From Hydrolagus colliei (taxonomy: Eukaryota), in contig CM068746.1 in assembly GCA_035084275.1 (NCBI GenBank), positions 36,704,001-36,768,000 of the forward strand: DNA of 64,000 nucleotides. Reading direction: 5' to 3'. The stretch's first letter is position 1, and each line of letters begins with the position of its first letter. Made by a program: the position numbers and the translations under genes. The notes under the pieces were generated by a model. It ran no database searches and was not told where the DNA came from. It saw nothing but the letters and a program-made list of their open reading frames with translations. This document shows positions 50,690-60,590 of the stretch, one piece after another.

Positions 50690-51260
50690 CTCCTCCCTTC
50701 CTAACGCGCACGCGCGCTTCTCGCCCTTTTTTTTAACGCCGTCGCCTCAGCTCCCGCCCCCTCCGCCGTTTATGATAAGTTGACCTACATCACTAATGCG
50801 CACGCGCTCGCACACCCTTTTTTGTCTATTGGGCGATACCGCTGTCAGTTACTTTCACTCCCCGCCCCTCTCGTGGGGTTTGTTCGGCGGCCGTCAGCGG
50901 TAACCAGCCGCCTCCCCCCTTCCTATTGGTTGGCACCGTTGTCAGTCAATGCCATTCCTCCCACCCATCCACCCACCCACCCCGCTTCGCCGTACGTCAC
51001 GGGCATTCCGCTTCCTACCCTCTTATTGGACATAGCTGCTGTCAGTTATTTTATTTCCCGCCTCCTCCGCCAAAGGGCGCATATAAACTTTACTTCACTT
51101 CTCCTCACCCACTCCCTCCTTCCCCCACCCGCTGGTGTATGGGAACTCTCAACCTAACGTGATGGGGTTATGGCCGCCGCTGCTCTCCCATTCCCTCCGC
51201 CCCACAACCAACCGCCCAGTGACTAGACTGGGCGCAGTTGCTGTCACTCACCAGGACCCC
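50690..51260 (-). promoter_or_regulatory. PTPN12 CpG-island promoter
   Basis: CpG/GC-rich block just upstream of exon 1. NRF1-like GCGCACGCGC at 50706 and 50798; GC boxes at about 50753, 50861 and 51197; CCAAT at 50828, 50925 and 51025; TGACGT CRE-like site at about 50994; TGAGTGACAG at 51241-51250. TSS not determinable from sequence. Confidence 0.8.
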
Positions 51261-51326
51261 CCCCCCCCCCCCGCTACTGCTGGGCAATGAGGATAGCTTC
51301 CCAAAGGGAATAGTGCTACTGTCCTA

Positions 51327-51755
51327 TAATAATAATCCTTGCATTTGATACAGCGCCTTATCCTATCTTCTAGACGTCTCAAAGCGCTTCACGGAATGTT
51401 CCGTACAGTGAATGGACTGGATATTTGCGAGCAAAACGCGGCAACCAATTAATAATAATAATAATCCTTGCGTTTGATATAGCGCTTTTCACATCTTATC
51501 GACGTCCCAAAGCGCTTCACAGAATATACTGTAAAGTGAAGTGACTGTATATTTTGTGGGTGAAACTCGGCAGCCAATTGCGCACAGCATCGTCCCACAA
51601 ACAGTGGTGGATTGAAATGACCAATATTAAAATATACTGTAGCGTATACTGTATATAGGGGTTATTATTAGGCATGTGTCCAGGGTTTTGCACTGACTGG
51701 AATCGAACCTAGATCTCTCGTTTGTAAGGTGAGTGCACTGAGATACAGGACTCCA
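51327..51755 (-). mobile_element. Tandem SINE pair (truncated plus near full-length)
   Basis: Two aataataatccttgc.tttgata tails at 51327 and 51451. Confidence 0.88.
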
Positions 51756-51859
51756 CAAATAGAATACCGTTGGCAAATGAACGGATTTATTAATAGAACA
51801 AATTAATGTATTTATGAATAGAATAAATGAACGGATTTATTAATAAATAAATGTATTAT

Positions 51860-52382
51860 TAATAAATAAACAATTGGGCGGAGGTTGGACATTAGTCATA
51901 AGTTTGTGGATTCAAACCCGGGACTTAGATTCATATACAGTAGTCTAACCTGACACTCCACGGGGTGGGGGGGGGGGTCACCTTCCTGGCTCGGTCCCAG
52001 GATCCGCTATTGTGAAGCGCTCTGAGATGCCGGCCGGTTTGGAGGGCGCTATATAAATCAAAGTTGTTGTTGGGGGGTGGGGGCCAGTAGTATTGGAGGT
52101 GCTGTCCTTCGGATGAGAAGTTAATTCAAGGTTTCATCTATCTATTCGGGTGGATGTAATAGAACCTATGGCACTAGTCGAAAAGTGAAGGAAGTTTTGT
52201 CCTGGGCAATAAATCCCCAAATGAAATTAGTCGCTCCCTCCAGGGCTGTTTGTGGGACATTGTTGTGTGCAACTGGCTGCTACATTTTGCCCAGAAAATA
52301 CGCAGTCAATCAATCCACTTAACCTGTGAAGTGCTTTGAGACATATCGATGAGATAAGGATTAAATGCAAAAGTTATTATTG
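51860..52382 (+). mobile_element. Deu-domain SINE with an L2 tail (51975-52072) inserted
   Basis: Head remnant, L2 tail ..ggagggcgctatataaatcaaagttgttg, then Deu core and SINE tail. Confidence 0.65.
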
Positions 52383-53631
52383 TGACAAATTACCTACCGG
52401 TAGAGAAATTTGAGTTTTCTAGATGATAATCTCAATCTATGATGATATAATATAGTGTCTTTAGATTTCCTCAGCAATTAATTGCAAATAATTTGTCAAT
52501 AAACCTAGAGTACTTGTGCATTAATAGTTAATCATTCAGTACAAAAGCAATTTTCATATCAGTGTCACAGAGAATATTGACACATGGTTTCAAATTAACC
52601 TGACAGTCTTTGTTTGCACAAAAACAGACTGAAGATTGAATACAACCATAAACACATACAACCCATAAAAGTAACAGTACTATGAGGTACATATAACAGA
52701 GGCTTGGAATGAAATCAAACCACAAAACTAACTGGGAAATTTGCCTTAACTTGTCAGATTTCTACTCAAGTTTCTTTAAATAGAAAGAAATTGTACCAGA
52801 GACATACTGGTACATTCCTATGAAAAGTATACACGATAAATTGCCTTTTGAATTTACTCTGATTATGACTCATGTAAATATTTCTATTCACATCACTTCC
52901 TGAGCAAAGTTCATGGACCTCAATCACAATCCTTCCACAATCATTCAGCTCTCTTGAATGATTCAATAGAACTGCATTCTCTGCAAATAATTATTTAGTG
53001 ATGCATAATATCTTATAGTTAAATCTTATCATCTGATTCACCATGCAACATCCTGTGATCAGGAGGACAGTTGTTGAAACCTGGTCAATAGTCATAAATA
53101 ACTTGGAAGTAAGGATTCCTTGTATTATTCTAAACTAGCTATACCCATTTCGCTTGTAACCAGTTTCATTTAATCGTCCACTCTTTCATCTCGCATTTTT
53201 ATTTGTCTTTGAAAGATTTGAACTTCACTTCTTAGACATCTTTATCGCTTAAGATGAAGCAAATGTGCTATTGAACTTGTTAGCATCCCTTGTTCGCATA
53301 TTTGCACACATATCCTTTGTGAGGACTCTTTTGGGAGGACTCCTGTTGGGTGCACTTGTGTTGGGTGGACTCCTTGTTGGAGTCCATACTTATGTGATGA
53401 GCTTCTTCAGGTCACGAAAAGATATCCATGAAAGAAATATGCCCATGACACTGGTCCATGCAAGACCTTTCAGATGATGTCTCTATGTAAATTGGTTATT
53501 GAGACAAGACACAGACATATTTTGTCTTTATCAGTTTAAATAGATGTAAATAGTTATTTAGTATACATATTCTGATACGAAATAAATATTTACGGTATGT
53601 AGTAAATTAAATATTTATTTAGTATAAATAT

Positions 53632-54765
53632 AACAACAACAACAACTTTGATTTATATAGCGCCCTCCACGCCAGACGGCGTCTCAGAGCGCTTCTCAAT
53701 AACGGATCCCGGGCCCGAGCCAGGCGGAGGGGGAAAAAGGTGATCAAAGGCACGGTCGAAAAGAAAGGTTTTCAGCTGAGACGTGAAACTAGGAAGAGAG
53801 GGAGCGAGGCGAAAGGAGTGAGGAAGCTTTGGGGCATTGAGTTCCAGAGCTTTGGGGCATAGTGGCTGAAGGCACAGTCGCTGATGGTGGAGCAGATGAT
53901 TCAGGGGACCAGGAGGAGACCAGAACTAGAGGACCAAAGGCAACAGATGCTGTGTTGGGGAGAGAGGAGGTCGGGACAGGGAGCCAGTGAAGTCTGGCAA
54001 GACCTGGGGTAATAGGGGAGCGAAGTTTGTTGTGGGTGAGAATGTGGGCAGCAGAGCCCACAATGAGCTGAATTTTATGGCTTGTGGTGGAGGGGAGACC
54101 AGCGAGGAGTACATTTGCATAGTCCAGCTGAGAGGTGATAAAAGCATGGACCAGAGTTTCAGTGGCTTTTGGGGCAAGGTATTGCCGGAGACGGGAAATA
54201 CATCGCAGGTGGAAAAAAGCAGTGGTGTTGAGGGACCAGATGTGGGGGAGGAAGGACAGTTGGGGGACGAACCTGATGCCAAGGTTGCGTACCGGTTCGG
54301 AGAATGTTTGTGGCAGATCGGGTAGGTGGAGTAGGTAAAAGCAGTGTGACTGAAAATGATGACGAGAGCCAAAGAGTATGGCTTCCGTCTTGTCAACATT
54401 CAGCTTCAGAAATTCACGCTCATCCAGCTCCTGATGTCTGACAGGCAGGCTGACAGAACATCAGGGTCTGGGGGTCGCAAAGTGAGGTGGAAAAATAGAG
54501 TTGGGTGTCATCCGCATACATGTGGAAGTGTACCCCATGTCTGCGGATGATATCCCCATGAAGGAGCAAACAGATTAGGAAGAGGAGGGCCCAAGGATAG
54601 ATCCTTGGGGTACCCCAAAGGTAACTGGGTGAGAGCAGGAGGAAAAGCCATTTGTGGCAATGTACTGCTGGTGGTTTGTGAGGTAGGATTCAAACCAGGC
54701 GAGTATGGTCCCACCGAGGTGAATGATGGAGGACAGGCGGTGGAGGAGGATGGCGTGGTCGACTG
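53632..54765 (-). mobile_element. L2 LINE 3' 1.1 kb
   Basis: (CAA)n tail; RT motif GVPQGSILGP-like (ggggtacccaaggatctatccttgggccc) and YADD-like (tatgcggatgac); similar to the 40361 copy. Confidence 0.92.
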
Positions 54766-54779
54766 TAATAATAATAAAT

Positions 54780-55010
54780 TATTGCCTGCTTGACAGACAG
54801 ACAGACATGGCAGCCAATTTGTATCCAGCAATGTCCCACAAACAGCCATGAAAGGAATGACAAGTATTATCTGGAGAATACTGGTAGGATACCAGGAAAA
54901 TCTCCTGTGTTCTTTCAAATAACTGCTATTTAATGTCCACCTCAACAAGCAAATGGGATCTTTTCAACTGAAGAACAGCACCTCCAACAATGCAGCATTC
55001 AACACTGTAT
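54780..55010 (-). mobile_element. Deu-domain SINE fragment
   Basis: ggcagccaattt..cccacaaacagc..tttaatgtccacct..cagcacctcc. Confidence 0.65.
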
Positions 55011-55286
55011 TGAGCAATTAAAGCTGTCTTTAATTGAACCCAACTACAGTATCTACCAATTTCCCCCCATTTCATGGTGAATCTTCTACTTGACTGCCAT
55101 CTGAATCTTGTTCTAAATCAGGCATTGCATTATGAAGCTTCCCTTTCTCACTAGGTCAAAGTAAGTACACTTTACAGTACTGTATATCCTGTGAAGCACT
55201 TTGAAACGTCTTGCTAACGTGAAAGCTGTTAAAACAAATAACTTTTAGCATTATTTTTATTATTACTATTATTACTACCCATGCTA

Positions 55287-55777
55287 TGTTCTAACCCATT
55301 TAAAACCAATCAATAACAAACCATGAAACTTATTTTCAATTTAATGGGACCTCCTGATTTTCTGGAATAGACTCAAATAAATGTTGGGTTTGAAGGTATT
55401 GTTGGTAGTGGAGATGACCACTCTGTTGAAAGGTGAGTCAAAAGGTCTGGCCAGAAAAGGCCATCTTATTCTGTTCCAATTTTATATAAGGCATAAAAAC
55501 ATAACAACAAAAAATTACATTTATAGAGGACTTTATAGAGGCATCGACTTGAAGATGTGATAAGATGCTATATCAAATGCAAGGATTATTATTATTATAA
55601 AAGAAGAATGCGTTTTAGCCTATCTTCTATCATCCTTCAAAGTCCACTGGATTCAAAATAATATGGGGAAATTGGTGAATACTGTACCATAGTTAAGGCT
55701 GTCTCGGCTGTCTTTTTACAAGGTTGGAATAATTTATATTCATGTAATAATTCTTTGGTTTTAAATGGGTTAGAACA
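55287..55777. mobile_element. TA-flanked inverted-repeat element (putative MITE)
   Basis: Perfect 25-bp inverted repeat 55285-55309 / 55755-55779 including terminal TA. Confidence 0.6.
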
Positions 55778-55929
55778 TAATTCTTTGACTTATCAAAATA
55801 ACTTTGAATTAGGTCAATAGACATACAGTAGTTGAAAATAAGCATGGTTACATCAGACAGTATTGACTGGTATGCTCAGGTATAGCAACTGTCACCATAA
55901 TGACACTATGAAAAGTTCATAAGAAGTAG

Positions 55930-56282
55930 GCAAACATCACTTGCTTCATGTCTCTCTGGAACTGGAACTACCGAGTCTTAACTCCGGAACTGGCTCATTG
56001 ATAATAGCAGGCATCGAATTAGGGAACCAAAAGTCCTTGTTTCTAGCAGTTGTGTTTCATTTGCAGTAGTGTATCTTCATTTCTCTTCTCTTTTACTTTG
56101 CTTTGATGTGCCGACTTTAACATCTTTTGCTTCTTGTTTTTCTGGAACTGGAATTAGTGAGCGTTCACTTTGGAACTGACACGTCCTGATAAATAGTGGG
56201 CATCGAATTAAGGAACCAAAAGTCCTTGCCTCTAGAAGTTGTTGTTCTGTGGTGCCTGTATCATTGCTTTTCTTCTCTTGAT
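55930..56282. repeat. Diverged tandem duplication, period about 186-189 bp
   Basis: ggcatcgaatta.ggaaccaaaagtccttg at 56010 and 56199; ctggaactggaa at 55956 and 56142. Confidence 0.9.
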
Positions 56283-56369
56283 CCTTTTATCTGATGTTCC
56301 TGGAATTGCTGATATTCCTGGAACAGCCAATGGCCGATTGGCGAGAGTCACAGAGTGAGAGAAGCGAAA

Positions 56370-57005
56370 GGTGAAACGCTCTGAGATGTCTAGAAGATGT
56401 GAAAAGCGCTATATAAAATACAAGAATTATTATTGTTGCTAATCATTATTATAAAAAACTATAATAAATTAAATCCACGACTGTTTGTGGGGACGCTGCT
56501 GTGCGCAATTGGCTGCCGCATTTCGCCCACAAATATACAGTCGATTCACTTTACAGAATATTCTGTGAAGCGTTTTGAGATGTCTAGAGACGTGAAAAGC
56601 GTTCAAAGGCATATTAAATGCAAGGATTATTATTATTATTATTATTATATATAGTTGCTCTTGCCAGCTCAGACAAAACAGACAAGGTGACCAATTCTGA
56701 TTGAACAAAGTGTAGCTTAGCTATAATTCTTTTAACATTGTCCTATTGCTCAACACCAAGATACATTAGATGGTCCATACAAACCTGCACTTCCTCATCC
56801 TTCAGATAACAATAATAATCCTTGCATTTGATATAGCGCTTTTTCCGTTTCAAAGCGCTTCACAGAATATACTGTAAAGTGAATTGACTGTACATTTGTG
56901 GGCAAAATGCGGCACCCAATTGCGCACAGCCGCGCTGTTGAGACTCATCAAAGCGCTTCACAGAATATATTATGAAGTGGATTGACTGTATTTATGGGCA
57001 AAACA
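56370..57005. mobile_element. Cluster of four SINE 3' fragments (two plus, two minus)
   Basis: Plus 56370-56433 and 56470-56645; minus 56808-56930 and 56945-57005. Confidence 0.85.
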
Positions 57006-57234
57006 TACACTGATAGTTTGCGAGCTGGTTTAAACAAGCTGTGACTGTCCTTGGGTATTGTATCCATGAGCTGATTTGGAGCAAAACAATACAGGACAAT
57101 GACATCAGCAACTAACAAGGCAGCTGCAACAAACACATTTTTTAGTTCTGAACCAATTTAATTCTTCAGGGCACACATATTGACATTTTCCCATCACATT
57201 TTATCTAACGTTATTCCAACTAGCCCGTAACATA

Positions 57235-57462
57235 CATCCCAAGTCTCCTTACTCCACGCGGCTGCTAATAATCCCTCAAGAAAAAAAGCACAAAAATAAA
57301 TTGGTAATTTCAATCCATGACTGTATGTGGGACACTGCTGTGCGCAATTGGCTGCCGCATCTCGATCACAAATGTAGTGTCAATTCACTTTACAGTATCT
57401 TCTGAGATGTCTAGAAGACATGAAAAGTGCTATATCGAATGCAAGGAAGTCTTAGTATTATT
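57235..57462 (+). mobile_element. SINE
   Basis: Family body and tail. Confidence 0.8.
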
Positions 57463-58199
57463 CAATTTAATTAGACCAATGGTGTCTACAAATCATTTCA
57501 ATATGTACTGTATGTACTAACAAGCCTCATTTCTAATTGAACTAAAATCATATATAAGCAATAACATATTGATTCCAACACCAGTAACAAAAGGAATTAT
57601 AGCTCAGTCGTTAAAAGTCCCAAATTCATGTGGTGGGTGGCACTGGACCATAAGAACCAGAATGGTCTGAATTTTGTTCTCTGGTCTATGTTGAATTAGC
57701 TGCCCTCAATATGAATGGGATTTTTAGCTCTCCATTCATAGTCAAATAGCCTGTGGATACTTCTGGCATCCAGATTTACACATAAAGAAAGCACTTTCAC
57801 ACAGTACTGTACTGAGATACACATGAGGAAAGCACCTTTTCACACAGTACCCTCCCTCAATGACGATGAAACTATGCTCCAGTCTGAGTTGGTATTTTAG
57901 GGTAAGAAAAGAAAATCAGAAGTAAACAATAAGTTTGCTTAATAAGCACTATAGTACTTAAGTGCTCGAAGGGTATAATTTAGGTAAATATCAGAAACTC
58001 TAAATACCTATTCAAACACACCATCAAACTCTTGTCTACCCAAAATACCTACATTGCTAACTTTACATTAAACATCAGCTGTTTTTTCAATGAATCCAGC
58101 ATCCTGGACTCTACACCTTCCTCGCACCTTATCTCCCTGTTAGTTGCCTCTGTGTAAAGAAATGGATCCTGGTGCTTGTTCTAAAATTCTTTTTCATTA

Positions 58200-58790
58200 C
58201 CTGGAACCTGTATGTTCTTGTTCTGCTGTTTTGATGTGTCTCAAAGTATTGTTCAGGGATCACTCTTATCAATCTCATGTCTTACCTTATCCTATACCTT
58301 TCAAATGTCCACCCTGAGATATTTCTTTTCAAGTCTGAAGAGTCCTAGCTTATTTAGTCATTTTTCATAGTTTATCTCTCTAACACTAGTGATCATTTTC
58401 ATTGCTTTTCTCTTCACTGGCTTCAGGGGCTTGTTAAGCTTTCTTATCTCATGTCAATCAAAATGGAACAAAGTCCTCCACATTTCGACTAGACCACATT
58501 TAAAGCTTCAGCAAGACATCTTTGGACCAAAAGTCAATTGATTTGCCGGTATAGCCCAACGTTCTGTTTGCTGGGTTTAGTGATATCTTATACTGTTTCA
58601 ACATTGTGAAGGATGAGTCAATACTCCTTGGTAAACGGGTGCCTTCTATAATTACTTCCTATTTGCAGTTAGCTTGAATCTATTTGTATTCAACTTCATT
58701 TGCCATGGATCTGCCCATATGGATGCCCTGCTGTACTCTCTTTATAAGTTATTGCCTAGCCCCTCTGCTTCAATGGATTTTCTCTAATTT
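58200..58790 (-). mobile_element. Old CR1 LINE fragment
   Basis: Antisense CR1 ORF2-end-like remnants (aagagtcctagcttatttagtc..ttcatagttt). Confidence 0.5.
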
Positions 58791-59471
58791 GATGTCAATA
58801 TATTCTATGAAGCGCTTTGAGACATCTAGAAGACGTGAAAAGCGCGATATCAAATACAAGAATTATTATTATTATCATTAGGGATAGCCCCCGTTTAAGT
58901 TTTTTCTCCATCATTGATTAGTTGACGGACACAAGCACACTGAAGAAAATCTAAACCCGCAATCGAATTGCAAAATAATGTAAGGAAGAAACTGTCGATC
59001 AATAATGTATTCGTGCGAACACTCTGATAGTGTAGCAGGTTTGTAGCTTGTGATCTATATTTAAAAATATTCAGATTCTTCCAGCTGACATTGAGAAACC
59101 ACACAGGTTAATCGTGTATATATTACCATAACAAATTGATACCATCTACTCCGCTGTGTTGTTGTCTGAGTTTTTGATAGAATTCAAGGAAATACAGCAA
59201 TATTAAGAGGTCAACTTTGTTAGCACCTGGAAAAGTGGTTCGCGGTTACATTATCAGCCTCCCATTTATGAATGATTGGAATTTCGTGGCTTTAGGAACT
59301 CAGTTTCTCTGATCATGTGATCCCAGGAATTAGACTTTCTAAACTACAAATTATAAGAGCAATGTTGCATTGTGCCACTAAGCTGGGCTGACCTTCCCCT
59401 GAACTCCTAGATCCAGATTTAAATGCAAAATGTTCTTGTTTTAAAGTATGTTTAATCATATTGGAATTATG

Positions 59472-59786
59472 TGTCCTGTAGCTCAGTGGTTAGAGCACTC
59501 GCTTTGCAAGCGAGAGACCTGGGTTCATTTCCTGGCAGGGCAAAACCCTTGAGCAAGTTTCCTTAATTCACACGCCTGTTAATAATCCCTCTAAAAAAAT
59601 GATTGGTCACTCAATCCACAACTGTTTGTGGGACACTGCTGTGTGCAATTGGATTCCATATTTTGGCCACAAATATACAGTCAATTCACTTTACAGAATA
59701 TTCTGTGAAGCGCTTTGAGACGTCTAGAAGACGTGAAAAGAACTATATCAAATGCGAGGATTACTATTTATTATTTATTATTATTA
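59472..59786 (+). mobile_element. Full-length tRNA(Ala)-derived SINE
   Basis: Cloverleaf-like head 59472-59543 followed directly by family body and tail. Confidence 0.9.
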
Positions 59787-60059
59787 CACTATGCCTAAAC
59801 TATTAACACACATAACGGGTTTAATTAGGTCCATTAAAACTAGCCACATTGTTGGTTGATTCTTTTAATCTGATCGTTTGTGACCCTGAAGCTCTGGTTA
59901 TACAGTCACAGTCTGTGGTTAGCTAGTGATCTGCATTTGGTGTGCAGTTAAATTCATCTATTCCTGTTGTGGTCGAGCATGACCTTAGACTACCAGCCAG
60001 CCCTGAGCAGTTTCAGTTGCCTGAAATCATATTCACAGGCAGTGCTCGATACCAAGACC

Positions 60060-60590
60060 AATAAGAACCTCAGAACATAAGAATTTGCTAGGGAAAAGAA
60101 GACCAAAGTCCATCGATTTCATGTTCTCACCATCCTGGCAGTCATGAGAACATATCCCAAGCTATATACTGTAATATAAAAAACTAAGAACATGAGAATT
60201 AGGAGCAGGAGTAGGCCATTCGGCCCCTTGAGCCTGCCCCGCCATTCAATAAAATCATGGCTGATCTTCTAATCTAACTCCACCTACCCGCCTTATCCCC
60301 ATATCCCTTAATCCATAAAAAAATCAATGTCAATCTTGAATATGTTCAAGGACTGAGCATTTACAACCTTTTGGGGGTAGAGAATTCCATAAATTCACTA
60401 CCCTCTGAGTGAAGAAGTTTTTCCTTGACTCAGTGCGAAAAGGCTGACCCCTAATCTTAAGACTATGACCCCTAGTTATAGTTTCTCCCACCAGGTGAAA
60501 CAGTCTCTTACTGTCTACTCTATCATGCCCCTTAATAATCATATATGTTTCTACAAGATCACCTCTAATTCTTCCTTATTCTAGAGAAGA
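60060..60590 (-). mobile_element. CR1 LINE 3' fragments (two termini)
   Basis: ORF 60330..60542 (TRGHSLKIRGQPFRTESRKNFFTQRVVNLWNSLP); aagaacataaga-type tails at about 60062 and 60186. Confidence 0.88.

Noticed and set aside
53412-53414. In-frame TGA between two short ORFs read as selenocysteine
   Set aside because: No evident SECIS or selenoprotein motif; better explained as the old gene's stop codon
59472-59543. tRNA-Ala gene (also heads at 2445, 10536, 19255, 37118)
   Set aside because: Each runs straight into SINE body, has T-loop mismatches and lacks a terminator
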